Positions 39,469 through 49,179 of a stretch of 64,000 nt of DNA are shown in pieces (positions within the stretch are counted from its first letter, which is position 1; every line of letters begins with the position of its first letter). The notes beneath the pieces are model-generated. The model was not told where the DNA came from, ran no database searches, and saw nothing but the letters and a program-made list of their open reading frames with translations. The DNA is from Candidatus Moraniibacteriota bacterium (GTDB lineage: Bacteria; Patescibacteriota; Minisyncoccia; Moranbacterales; UBA1568). The stretch is from contig JBPOHW010000001.1 in NCBI GenBank assembly GCA_052035095.1, forward strand, positions 44,857 through 108,856, written 5' to 3'. A program made the position numbers and the translations under genes.

Positions 39469-40056
39469 CTACTTTTTCTCCGACTCCCCTTCTTTCTTCG
39501 CTTCTTCTTGTTTTTCTTCCATTTTCTTCCAGTGCGTAGCGTCTTTCATAAGGAGTTCACGGAGCGTTCCGGTTACGGAATAGGTATTCTTAATCCCGTC
39601 TTTGCGGAAAGAAAACTCTTGCGGGATGGCGCCCGGATTTCCGGCATAGAAGATTTGCTCCTTGCCGTTTTTTTCACGGATGGCGAGACGGATGCCTTCA
39701 TCTTTCGTCACGCCGAATTTTTTGAAGTTTTCCTCGTTTTTCGAGACCATTTCGCGAATTTCGAGCGTGGCAAATGCTTGGAAAAGCGCCGCTATCTTTT
39801 CCTTGTCAACGAGATCGGCGCCAATCTTCCAATCCTCTCCGAATTTCTCGAGCACGATTTCCTCCGCGTCCTTCTGTTTCATCGCGATACGATCGACGGA
39901 ATTCTCCGTGAAAACGTCGAGATTCACGCTGGTATTTGTCGATGGAGTCGTCTCACTCCCCTTCCCTGCGAAAAGATCGCCAATCCATGGGATGATGGCA
40001 AGTACCACGAGAATCAAGAAAATTCCCGACGCGACTTTGAGAAATGTATTATTCAT
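39469..40056 (-). CDS. DUF4340-like protein of Gld-type ABC systems
   Basis: N-terminal TM; position downstream of GldF/G; FGV...G..L.I motif. Confidence 0.7.
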   Translation of the reverse strand: MNNTFLKVASGIFLILVVLAIIPWIGDLFAGKGSETTPSTNTSVNLDVFTENSVDRIAMKQKDAEEIVLEKFGEDWKIGADLVDKEKIAALFQAFATLEIREMVSKNEENFKKFGVTKDEGIRLAIREKNGKEQIFYAGNPGAIPQEFSFRKDGIKNTYSVTGTLRELLMKDATHWKKMEEKQEEAKKEGESEKK

Positions 40057-40100
40057 AGGGGGTGTGTTATATCAGATTACTTCACCTCTACTCCCTTGTG

Positions 40101-40195
40101 AGTTGCCTCGACTGCAAAAAATAATTTTTTTCACATGTTCCTCTCTATCGGAGCAAACTTGAAAAAAATTATTTTTTGCAGTCTCGGCGTGCATG
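40101..40195. repeat. Structured ~95-nt hairpin element, copy B
   Basis: Same conserved ends and loop as copy A, with compensatory stem changes. Confidence 0.8.
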
Positions 40196-40221
40196 GCGGG
40201 AGTCTTCAAAGTAATTTGATA

Positions 40222-42522
40222 CTATTCTTCTTCACCATAGGCGAGGCGCTTCTTGCGACTCCTTCGGTACAGGCGGAAGACTCCGTATCCGGCGGGAACA
40301 AGGAGTGCAAACGCCATATTGCCAAATTTGAGGAGATTGGGTTCCGAGGGATTCCTAAAAGAGAATTTTCGCCCCGAAGCGTTCTTCGCGGTAATCGACC
40401 CCAGTGAAGACTCCTGTCCAAGCCAGGCGAGAGCTTCCAGTCCGAAAGAGAGATTGGCGGAATTATTCCCGACAAACTGATCGGTCAAAAAGTCCGAGTC
40501 TCCAACAATAACGCTCCGCCACGGTTTCCCTTCTTTGCTTGACGTAAGCGCGATAGCGAGGGTGCGCTTGCTGAGATCGGTTTGCGAGAATTTCTGATCC
40601 GGTTCGATCGAGAAATCGGCATCCTTCCTCCCTGCAAACGGAGTGGTTTCAAAGAGGCTTGTTTTTTCGTATCCCTTTTCCTTCAAAACCGAATCATTCG
40701 TCTCCACGCTACTCGGCCACGGAAGAGAAAGCTCATTCAAAGAGGCGGTAATCGGGGAGGCGCTTTCTATTTTTTGAGCACGCACCCAGAGCGGATAGGG
40801 CAATATATACTGCATTTGCCCGCCACCAAAGCTCACCGATTCATTGGCGCGAAGATCATAGACCATATCCTTTCCAATCGTGATGCCGGTTTCGGTTGCG
40901 AGAAAGTCGGCAAAGTCACTCGCGTTTTTCGAAGCGGTCATAACGCTCGGCGAAACCGTGACACCGTCAACAAGAAAGAGCGCGTTTCCTCCCTTCCCGA
41001 TGAAGTCGGTTATGGATTTCTTTTCTTCATCGGAGTAATTTTGATCCGGACCGGCAACAATAATCACCTTCACATCATCCGGTATGGTGAGGCGTTTTTT
41101 GGGTGGCATTTCCGGTTCCCCTTCTTTCTTTTTCTCTGAGGATTTCGCGGAGTCATCTTTCGCGATATCTTCCGCCGCGATTTCTTTTACCTCGAATTGC
41201 TTCCGCCATTCCTCGGAAATGCGACGATAATCCTGGAAGAGACTCTTTTCGCCGTGCCCGGAAATGAAACCGACTACCGGCTTGTTGTCGGTCGTGAGTT
41301 TTTTGAGGAAACTTGAGAGTTGATACTCGAGATCACGCGTGTTTTGTACAAAAGGAATGGTTTCGTGCTCGCCGCCATAGGAAACGACGATGCCGAGATA
41401 CCCTTCCTGGACCTGAAATTGTTCCTCTGAAACCGTGTTAAACCGGACCGCCTGCACGCCAAGCGATCGCGCTTCGCTCGCTATCTTTTCGTCCCCGAGC
41501 GGATTTTTTATGGCAAGCTGAACTTTTCCCTCGGCGAGCGTTCGATAATCGGCAAGCATATCTTTGACCTCTCGCATTGTCGGCTGGAACTCGGACGGCA
41601 AACGATCCGAGACGTAGAGCGTGATGTTTATAATATCGTCCGGAAGCCCCGAGAGAAGCGATTCGGTCGCCGGAGAGAGCGTGTAGAGTTTCTCTTCGGT
41701 CAAATCAAGACGCCCGGGAATACGCGATCCGACCACATTTGACACGACCGCAATGCCAAAAAGAAGGAAAATCGCCAGTCGGTACTGCTGATAGGTCTTC
41801 CGTTTATTGCCATACTTAATGCGGATGACATTGAGGAGCGCGACACCGAGAAAGACACCGGTAAACGATACAAAATACCACAGATCTCGTAGATCAACGA
41901 CACCTCGCGCAAGTGAGTTGAAGTGATTGTACGCCGAGAGTTGTTCGAGGAACGGCGCCAAAAAGAGCGGGAGGCGGGCGGTCGCGATTTCCATTCCCGA
42001 AATGATGAGAAAGAAACTGATTACGGCGGAAACGATAAAAGCGGTCACCTGACTCGCGACGAAGCTCGACACCGCGATGCCGAGACTGGAGAGCACCGAA
42101 GCGAGCAAAACGCCCCCGATATACTGCGCGATCATACGTCCCCAGTCCATATCTCCAAAAAAGCCGAAGCTCCACGCGATCGGAAACGCAAAAGCCGTGG
42201 CGATGGAGAAGAAAAACAGAATGCCAAGGAACTTCCCGAGAATGAGATCGGCCGGCCGTATCGGGCGTGTCAAGAGAAACTCGACGGTTCCCTCGCTCTT
42301 CTCCTCGGCGAGCGTCCCCATAGCGAGCGCCGGAATAACGAGGAGCGAGAGCCATGGCAAGAGTTCGAAAAGATTACGGACGGAGACTTCCCCGATCAAA
42401 AACACCTGCCGGAAAAACAAAAACTCCCACAAGAGAAGAAATGCCGCGATGATGATATAAGCGGTCGGATTGTTGAAATACGACTGTAACTCTTTTCGAA
42501 CAATAGTCAGTATGTTTTTCAT
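40222..42522 (-). CDS. GldF-GldG fusion (ABC-2 permease plus ABC auxiliary domain)
   Basis: KELQSYFNNPTAY, EEKSEGTVEFLLTRP, RLDLTEEKLYTLSPAT, GHGE, VGDSDF. Confidence 0.9.
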   Translation of the reverse strand: MKNILTIVRKELQSYFNNPTAYIIIAAFLLLWEFLFFRQVFLIGEVSVRNLFELLPWLSLLVIPALAMGTLAEEKSEGTVEFLLTRPIRPADLILGKFLGILFFFSIATAFAFPIAWSFGFFGDMDWGRMIAQYIGGVLLASVLSSLGIAVSSFVASQVTAFIVSAVISFFLIISGMEIATARLPLFLAPFLEQLSAYNHFNSLARGVVDLRDLWYFVSFTGVFLGVALLNVIRIKYGNKRKTYQQYRLAIFLLFGIAVVSNVVGSRIPGRLDLTEEKLYTLSPATESLLSGLPDDIINITLYVSDRLPSEFQPTMREVKDMLADYRTLAEGKVQLAIKNPLGDEKIASEARSLGVQAVRFNTVSEEQFQVQEGYLGIVVSYGGEHETIPFVQNTRDLEYQLSSFLKKLTTDNKPVVGFISGHGEKSLFQDYRRISEEWRKQFEVKEIAAEDIAKDDSAKSSEKKKEGEPEMPPKKRLTIPDDVKVIIVAGPDQNYSDEEKKSITDFIGKGGNALFLVDGVTVSPSVMTASKNASDFADFLATETGITIGKDMVYDLRANESVSFGGGQMQYILPYPLWVRAQKIESASPITASLNELSLPWPSSVETNDSVLKEKGYEKTSLFETTPFAGRKDADFSIEPDQKFSQTDLSKRTLAIALTSSKEGKPWRSVIVGDSDFLTDQFVGNNSANLSFGLEALAWLGQESSLGSITAKNASGRKFSFRNPSEPNLLKFGNMAFALLVPAGYGVFRLYRRSRKKRLAYGEEE

Positions 42523-42571
42523 AGAGAGACTTCAATGTTCAGCAACAGAGGAAAGGTGTATACAGGTATCG

Positions 42572-42628
42572 TTTTGAATATTGTTATTTGAGATTTATTT
42601 GGAGCTTGGAATTTGATATTTGGAACTT
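42572..42628. repeat. Half copy (right arm) of the heptamer-periodic element
   Basis: TTTATTTGGAGCTTGGAATTTGATATTTGG. Confidence 0.6.
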
Positions 42629-42633
42629 CCCAC

Positions 42634-43557
42634 TTATTCTTTTGTCAAAGCCTGGAAAATATCTTCGAGCTTGCGTTCTTCTTCGTGCATATCCCAGAGC
42701 ACCCAGTGTTTTTGCCAGGCGAGTTTTGAGATATCCGGGCGGATTTCCCGATCATGATCGAGTGAGAGTGTGCCGGAAACGCGATTCCCCGATTTCTTTT
42801 TGAGTGTGAGAGACTTTTCCCCCGCAAGGCGTTTCAATTCCGATTCAATTCCCTCCCCTTCAATATCAATCGAAATAATTTTTTCGCCAAGCGCTCGCGC
42901 GGAAAGCTCGCTCGCCGTCCCATCGGCCGCGAGCTTCCCTTTGTTGAGAATGAGCATCCGACCACACACGGCGGACGCTTCTTGCATAACATGGGTACTC
43001 ATAATAACCGTGTGTTTCTTGGCGAGATCTTTGATGAGTTCCCGGATCTCCCCTCGCTGAATGGGGTCGAGCCCCTCGGTCGGCTCATCCATAATGATGA
43101 TATCCGGATTGTGAATGAGCGCCGCGGCGATGCCCGTTCGCTGACGAAATCCCTTGGAGAGTTCGCCGATCGGGCGATAGTACATCTTCTCGATACCGAC
43201 CGCGCGCACGACGAAATCCGTCGCGGAGGCGCGTTTCGCGGGCGAAATCCGGTGGAGGCGCGCCGCGAGATCGAGAAACTCCGAAACCTGCATCGTCTTG
43301 TAGAGCGGATTGTTCTCGGGAAGATAACCGATTTTTTTCTGAACGGATACCGGATCTTTCTCGATATCGAGACCATCGATCGTAATCGTACCCCTATCCG
43401 GCGCGAGAAACCCGGTAATCATACGAAGCGTCGTCGTTTTGCCGGCGCCATTGGGTCCCAAGAAGCCGATCACTTCGCCCGAGTCGACCGAAAACGAAAG
43501 ATCATTCACCGCCTTCACTCGTCCAAAATATTTCGTCACGTTTTTGAGCGTAATCAT
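42634..43557 (-). CDS. GldA-like ABC transporter ATPase
   Basis: GPNGAGKTT, LSKGFRQR, MDEPTEGLDP. Confidence 0.92.
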   Translation of the reverse strand: MITLKNVTKYFGRVKAVNDLSFSVDSGEVIGFLGPNGAGKTTTLRMITGFLAPDRGTITIDGLDIEKDPVSVQKKIGYLPENNPLYKTMQVSEFLDLAARLHRISPAKRASATDFVVRAVGIEKMYYRPIGELSKGFRQRTGIAAALIHNPDIIIMDEPTEGLDPIQRGEIRELIKDLAKKHTVIMSTHVMQEASAVCGRMLILNKGKLAADGTASELSARALGEKIISIDIEGEGIESELKRLAGEKSLTLKKKSGNRVSGTLSLDHDREIRPDISKLAWQKHWVLWDMHEEERKLEDIFQALTKE

Positions 43558-43741
43558 ATCGGTAGTATGTGTATTCGAAACAAAAAAGAACGTTCACGTT
43601 TCCCTATTGTAAAGGAGAACTTTTCTCACTGTCAATTCTTGACAGAACGACGTAATTTTTTCCAAATGAAAAATACATCGCCTTCCGACAATTTTTTGTA
43701 GTTGCTCTAATTTGCACCAATTAAAGCTGACACACCGTCAC

Positions 43742-44245
43742 CTACTGTATTTGCCCAACAATAACAACAGGGTTCTTGCCATATTTCTTGGCGCACTTGG
43801 GGCATGTGGTATACCACATATACATTTTTTTAATTGAAATGCCCTTACTCTTAACGTAGCTTTCGAAATCCTTCATCCATTTTCCGGTATCTTTGAAGTT
43901 TCCTTCGTATACTTTACTGAGGAATGTCCCGCTCAACGTAACATTATTTGCACCGGCAACTTCTGTATCGACCGCCACATACAAATCCATATTCCACTTA
44001 GAAGTATGATCGGACAAACAAATATAGTCCGGTGTTTGCGCACCCGCTTTCTCAATCTTACTCATTATTCCCTTCATCACTTGACCGAAATTAATCGGCA
44101 CATAAAACAGCGTGCAAACGTTATCCTTGATGAATTTTTTATTGTTCCAGTTAAATTCTTTGTTCTCCCAAGGAATGGGATCAAATTTAAGGCAGCATAC
44201 CTCGCTTTGGCTATTTACATACTTATCTATAAGAATGTTGCTCAT
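43742..44245 (-). CDS. Conserved 'hydrolase'/GyrI-like small-molecule-binding protein
   Basis: CCLKFDPIPW, SKVYEG, WYTTCPKCAKKYGKN. Confidence 0.7.
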   Translation of the reverse strand: MSNILIDKYVNSQSEVCCLKFDPIPWENKEFNWNNKKFIKDNVCTLFYVPINFGQVMKGIMSKIEKAGAQTPDYICLSDHTSKWNMDLYVAVDTEVAGANNVTLSGTFLSKVYEGNFKDTGKWMKDFESYVKSKGISIKKMYMWYTTCPKCAKKYGKNPVVIVGQIQ

Positions 44246-44270
44246 ATTTCTCATTAAAAAATTATAAAAA

Positions 44271-44696
44271 TCACTTCCAAAATTGCAAAAGCAATCCAAA
44301 GACTATAAATATGACCAATTGATACCCGCCTTGGATGAGAAACCGCGCCCATTTTTGTTTCCCTGGTTCATTGGTCCACATCACCGCGCCGGCGAGAGTT
44401 GGGATGACAAACGCCGCCCATACCCAAAGCGCCCTCTCCACTCCGCTCACCCGCGCAGTATCGGCAATCAAATGTGAAAGGACCAATACCTGAAAAAGCG
44501 TCAACATAAATTGCACGCCATACAAAGGACCGGCGCCTTTTTGCATATTCTTTCGCGCCTCCACATCATCCGGAGTAACCCCGACAATTTCCATCCATTT
44601 CTTGCCGAAAAGCGGTCCATACCAGAGCGCGCCGATTGCCATAGACAAGACTGCCCCCACAAATATCGCCATATAATTCACCGAAAGTGTTTCCAT
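44271..44696 (-). CDS. DUF1761 family membrane protein
   Basis: NYMAIFVGAV...GALWYGPLFGKKWM. Confidence 0.8.
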   Translation of the reverse strand: METLSVNYMAIFVGAVLSMAIGALWYGPLFGKKWMEIVGVTPDDVEARKNMQKGAGPLYGVQFMLTLFQVLVLSHLIADTARVSGVERALWVWAAFVIPTLAGAVMWTNEPGKQKWARFLIQGGYQLVIFIVFGLLLQFWK

Positions 44697-44705
44697 AGGT
44701 TTGTA

Positions 44706-45140
44706 TCAAAAATTACAATTACTTTCGCATTCAAATAGTTTGCTGTTGTCGTCGTTGTTGGCATCGATACACTTCTGGACACAGGACGCGCACGCTGTAA
44801 ACTGCGGATTTTCTCCCTGCTGACATATGCCGTTTTGAACGCCGCATTTTGCGTATTGCAGACACCGGTCGCCAACCATATACATCTCCGTGCACATCTC
44901 CGCCGGATGAGCTCCGCACACAATATCCAAGCCATGACACGTTTCCAATCCGCACGATGAGTCGCTGGGCACCTCTCCGCAGGACTCCTCCCAAATCCGC
45001 AAACATTTTTACTTCTCCTCGCACCATGAATAGCCGGCGGAACCGATACACCCGTGTTCATCTCTGTCTCCACCCACAATATGTTCAACCACGCGGCATT
45101 CTTTGGCGGAAAATTCACCGACAATCGCGTCTCCTTGATC
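44706..45140 (-). pseudogene. Cys-rich secreted-type protein, 5'-truncated, with an in-frame nonsense codon
   Basis: One frame reads IVGGDRDEHGCIGSAGYSWCEEK*KCLRIWEESC...CGLETCHGLDIVC; TAA at 45009-45011. Confidence 0.7.
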
Positions 45141-45196
45141 AATATATTTCCTCTTTTGTGGAGAGGGGGTTATAGATACCTTTTTCCATTTTATAA

Positions 45197-45265
45197 GCTG
45201 ACACTCTGGGACGAAGTTGGAACGTATTTATTCGGGCTTCCTTACTGAAATTATCGCATAGAATT
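45197..45265 (+). repeat. att-arm copy 1 (encodes recombinase-tail-like LTLWDEVGTYLFGLP)
   Basis: Near-identical to 47821-47884. Confidence 0.8.
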
Positions 45266-45446
45266 AAGCTTTCGGCCAACCGCGAACTGTTGGTAGCTTT
45301 TCCATCCGCAGAAGGAAGGTTTCAACTCAATACGTACAAAATACATTCATAAAGCCATAAACGGTGAATTCTAGAATTTAATGCCCGCTGGACGCTCTAC
45401 TTTGATTGCTCTACAATAAAAGTTCACTTTTACCTTACATTTTCCT

Positions 45447-46370
45447 ATGCCACTTATTTCCATTCGTGACGTATCAAAAACCTACAAGGGCGGATCAACC
45501 GCGCTCAAGCATATTTCGCTTGATATTGAGAAAGGCGAAATTTTCGCGCTCCTGGGACCAAACGGCGCCGGAAAAACGACGCTCATCGGTATCGTGACCG
45601 GACTCGTCACCCTCACTTCCGGCACGGTCACCGTCGCGGGAAAAGACATCATCAAGGACTATCGCGCCACGCGGAGTATGATCGGCTTTGTACCGCAAGA
45701 AATCGCTCTCGATATCTTCCTCTCCGTCGAACAGGTTTTGAAAAATCAACGCGGTTTCTACGGCAAACCCGCGCACCCCAAACTGCTCGAGCGCATTCTG
45801 AAGGACTTGTCGCTCTGGGAGAAGCGGCACGAGGAAATTCGCTTTCTCTCGGGCGGTATGAAACGCCGCGTTCTCATCGCAAAAGCGCTCACCAATGAAC
45901 CGAGCATTCTCTTTCTCGATGAACCGACGGCCGGTGTCGATGTTGAGCTTCGCAAAGATATGTGGGATCACATACGCCGGCTTCGCGATCGCGGCACAAC
46001 GATCATTCTCACAACGCACTATATCGAGGAAGCCGAGCTCCTCGCCGATCGCATCGGCATCATCAATCGCGGACAGCTCATCCTCGTCGAGGACAAAAAG
46101 ACACTGATGCGAAAAATGGGCGAGAAAACCATCACCATACATCTCTCGGAGCCGATTCCGTCTCTCCCGAAATCGCTTCACGATAAGCGTCTCATCCTTT
46201 CGCAAAACGGTCGGGAAATTTCCCTCCAATATTCGTCCGACGAGACCTGCGTTTTTCCGCTCCTCAACAAACTGGCAGAACATCGCCTCCCCGTATGCGA
46301 CGTGACCACCACGGAAACAAGCCTCGAAGAAATCTTTGTAAATCTGATCGGTGATAAAAAAACACTATGA
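45447..46370 (+). CDS. ABC-2 transporter ATPase (YadG-like)
   Basis: GPNGAGKTT, LSGGMKRR, LDEPTAGVD, TTHY. Confidence 0.92.
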   Translation: MPLISIRDVSKTYKGGSTALKHISLDIEKGEIFALLGPNGAGKTTLIGIVTGLVTLTSGTVTVAGKDIIKDYRATRSMIGFVPQEIALDIFLSVEQVLKNQRGFYGKPAHPKLLERILKDLSLWEKRHEEIRFLSGGMKRRVLIAKALTNEPSILFLDEPTAGVDVELRKDMWDHIRRLRDRGTTIILTTHYIEEAELLADRIGIINRGQLILVEDKKTLMRKMGEKTITIHLSEPIPSLPKSLHDKRLILSQNGREISLQYSSDETCVFPLLNKLAEHRLPVCDVTTTETSLEEIFVNLIGDKKTL

Positions 46371-47134
46371 ACCTGAACCTCATCGCCTTCAAAACGCTCT
46401 TTATGAAAGAGGTCGGGCGCTCCAAAGACGTCCTCATACAGGCGTTTCTTTCGCCGGTGATCACCACCTTTCTCTATTTCCTCGTCTTCGGAAGCGCGGT
46501 CGGCGGAAACATCCCGCCGATACAAGGCGTCCCCTATAGCCAATTCATCGTGCCCGGCCTCATTATGATGGCGCTCCTTATGAATTCGCTTATGGCATCG
46601 TCGAGCGGCATCTATTTCCCGCGATTCATCGGCACGATGAGCGACCTCCTCACGTCGCCCCTGTCGTACCTCGAAATCGTTATGGGATTCGCCCTTTCCG
46701 CAACCGCGCGCGCCCTCGCGATCGGTACGACCATTTTCGTCATCGCGTGGCTCTTGACCGGCATCACCATCCTGCATATTTTCTTCGTGATCGTTTTTTC
46801 ACTCATAACGACACTCACCTTTTCCCTTCTCGGACTCATCCTCGGCATCTGGGCGAAGGACTTCGAACAATTGAGCGTTGTTCCGACACTCGTCCTCACC
46901 CCGCTTACATTCCTGGGTGGCGTCTTTTACTCCGTCGAGATGCTCCCTCCCGCCTGGCAAAAGGTGACGCTCATCAACCCCATCTTCTATATGATCGACG
47001 GTCTTCGTTGGGGATTCTTCGGCACTTCGGATGTTTCCCCGTGGACAAGCGTCGCCATCATCGGCGCGCTCCTCATCGCCTCGATCGCCATCCTCCGGCA
47101 TATGTTCAAAACCGGATATCAATTGAAGATCTAA
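46367..47134 (+). CDS. ABC-2 transporter permease (YadH-like)
   Basis: SPVITTFLYFLVFG, FIVPGLIMM, PLTFLGGVFYS, NPIFYMIDGLR. Confidence 0.9.
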   Translation: MNLNLIAFKTLFMKEVGRSKDVLIQAFLSPVITTFLYFLVFGSAVGGNIPPIQGVPYSQFIVPGLIMMALLMNSLMASSSGIYFPRFIGTMSDLLTSPLSYLEIVMGFALSATARALAIGTTIFVIAWLLTGITILHIFFVIVFSLITTLTFSLLGLILGIWAKDFEQLSVVPTLVLTPLTFLGGVFYSVEMLPPAWQKVTLINPIFYMIDGLRWGFFGTSDVSPWTSVAIIGALLIASIAILRHMFKTGYQLKI

Positions 47135-47143
47135 CATCCCAAT

Positions 47144-47169
47144 AAAAAACCCTCTCAACCATGAGAGGG
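47144..47169 (-). terminator. Intrinsic terminator hairpin
   Basis: Minus strand CCCTCTC-ATGGTT-GAGAGGG-TTTTTT. Confidence 0.6.
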
Positions 47170-47196
47170 AACGAGAGAACAAAGGAAAATTCATAA

Positions 47197-47228
47197 GCTG
47201 GGGCTGTGGGATAAAGTTGGAATATATT
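47197..47228 (+). repeat. att-arm copy 2 (encodes LGLWDKVGIYL)
   Basis: GCTGGGGCTGTGGGATAAAGTTGGAATATATTT. Confidence 0.8.
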
Positions 47229-47355
47229 TGGATCGGTGTCCAACATTCATTGATTTGTTTGATTGTACGGTAAATTTTTGAAAAATAAAAACGACCTCTT
47301 GAGGCGGGTCGTAGTAGCGCTTGCGGATTGTAAGCGCAGCCTGTATGGAGAACAT

Positions 47356-47688
47356 CTATTTTATCGGCAATCGTTTATAGATATCATGAGGAAGAAACTC
47401 AAGTGCTATCGATTCCGGAACCCCTGCCTCAATGAGGTTTCTTACGATTCCGAGTGCGAGAGAGACAAGGTGCTGCACAGCGAATTTCCCGGGACCGATG
47501 CTGGAGAATGCACTGGCTCCATTGTCAGGTTGCATAATGGAAACATCAGCATTTTGAGAAAGCCACTCCGCATATTTGGGCGGTATTGTGACAGAAACCT
47601 CTTCATAAAAAGGATCCATGAGTCCAACATCTCTGACGCCGGTAACTTCGACGAGCGTATCTTCTATAATTTTCTCATAATCAAACAT
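47356..47688 (-). CDS. Hypothetical protein (cargo between att arms)
   Basis: AGGAGA RBS before ATG; downstream hairpin near 47289-47313. Confidence 0.6.
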   Translation of the reverse strand: MFDYEKIIEDTLVEVTGVRDVGLMDPFYEEVSVTIPPKYAEWLSQNADVSIMQPDNGASAFSSIGPGKFAVQHLVSLALGIVRNLIEAGVPESIALEFLPHDIYKRLPIK

Positions 47689-47989
47689 GGCGCTTCTCCT
47701 TTTGGGTTGTTGAGGGACTTGTCCAAGTTGGACTCAACATGATAACAAATGGAATGCTTGGATGTCAATCCCGCGCTATGAAGGTTTCAAAGTAGCGCTT
47801 GTTTTTTTGCAGACACCGTAGCTGGGGCTGTGGGACGAAGTTGGAATGTATTTATTCGGGCTTCCTGCTGAAATTATCGCATAGGCTTGAGTTTTTTGCT
47901 ATCCATGATGGATTGCTTGCTAGTAAAGAGAAAGTTTCGACCCATTTTGTACAGAAATGCCTCTACAAAGCCACAAATGTTAATGGTCA

Positions 47990-48018
47990 TTGACAGAAAT
48001 ATGATGATATGCTATATT
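47990..48018 (+). promoter_or_regulatory. Promoter TTGACA-17-TGnTATATT for the cargo gene
   Basis: TTGACA 47990-47995, TATATT 48013-48018. Confidence 0.6.
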
Positions 48019-48114
48019 TCTCAGTCATGGCGCGTCTATACCTAGACTCAAATCCATGACCCTCCCCGCAGGGTTTTGCGGCAATAGCACATTCCAAATT
48101 TGGGAGATAGAAAC

Positions 48115-48792
48115 ATGAGTATCTACGTCTACGAACCCTCTTGCGGTGAAAACATTGGTGAAACCGCGAAGAGGATGGCCATCTATGCCGTTACTGGTAG
48201 GGAGACGGTGACGGCGATGTTCAACGACATTCAACTCACTGCAAATCCCGGCGACAATGCTGACACAATCGTGCAGTATTATAACGCCGAGTGCGAACGC
48301 CGTCACGAGGAGTATGTCAACTCTTCGGAGTACAAGGAGAAACAACAGCAAGCCGAAGAAGCACGGCATCTTCACGAACTCATGCTTGAAGGCGCTTTAG
48401 CAGCGGCTCCCGAAAAAATGACGCTTCGAGACGAAGAGGGCTGGAAGAAAACAGTTGAGACGAACACCGACGGCTACGGTAGCGGAGTCATCCGTTTTGC
48501 TGAACGTTGGGCGCGTCTCATGGAGAGTCGTATCTCTAATGGCGACACCGTTGAAGGATGTGCCAAGGAAGCGTCCCATCTTGCCGATAATGAAGGCATC
48601 ACCGGCTTTATGTACGGGTGCGCCGTCTCTATCCTTTCGCAGGTGTGGGAATATGGTGAACAGCTTCGCCGTTGGCACAACCTCTCGACTCAACTCGGAA
48701 ACGAGGGCGAGAAAGCCAATGAAAATGGCAGTACGCTTAACCCAGCTCTCTTGTGCATTGGTCAATCTGATAACAACGACAGTGCGCAATAA
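48115..48792 (+). CDS. Hypothetical protein (element cargo)
   Basis: GGAGA RBS; GITGFMYGCAVSILSQVWEYGEQLRRWHN block; own promoter and terminator. Confidence 0.75.
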   Translation: MSIYVYEPSCGENIGETAKRMAIYAVTGRETVTAMFNDIQLTANPGDNADTIVQYYNAECERRHEEYVNSSEYKEKQQQAEEARHLHELMLEGALAAAPEKMTLRDEEGWKKTVETNTDGYGSGVIRFAERWARLMESRISNGDTVEGCAKEASHLADNEGITGFMYGCAVSILSQVWEYGEQLRRWHNLSTQLGNEGEKANENGSTLNPALLCIGQSDNNDSAQ

Positions 48793-48824
48793 GTAACGCG
48801 GACTTCGTGAATCAGTGAATCACG

Positions 48825-48863
48825 AGACTCCTTGCAGATAACAATTCTGCTTGGAGTCTTTTT
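48825..48863 (+). terminator. Intrinsic terminator after the cargo gene
   Basis: AGACTCC..GCAGA..TCTGC..GGAGTCTTTTT. Confidence 0.6.
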
Positions 48864-49146
48864 CTATATCAATGTCCAGAATTTGACAAATGTCAATTTC
48901 TGATATAGCGTGTCCTTGGAAACTTAAAAACCGAATCCATTCCCTCGTCGCTATACTGTGCCAGCGACCTTCTATAAATTACACTACACACATTACACGT
49001 CTTTACCTATACACATTTTTTTTCAATAACATTCACAAAAACATTCAAAACATTACCAAGGGCACTTCAATCATTACATTTGGGAAAACCTTGTCCAGAT
49101 TGAAGCCTACGCAGTGTTTTTGAGTATTTTTGATACTAATCACCAG

Positions 49147-49179
49147 AAAACCGACTTCAATCTGAAGGTCGGTTTTTTT
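49147..49179. terminator. Bidirectional terminator-like hairpin
   Basis: AAAACCGACTTCA-ATC-TGAAGGTCGGTTTTTTT. Confidence 0.6.

Noticed and set aside
45197-47197. Exactly 2000-bp spacing between att-arm copies 1 and 2
   Set aside because: The next spacing is 624 bp, so this is treated as coincidence.
45197-47827. Classical integron attC cassettes
   Set aside because: The arms are not attC-like imperfect palindromes with GTTRRRY cores, and there is no IntI tyrosine recombinase.
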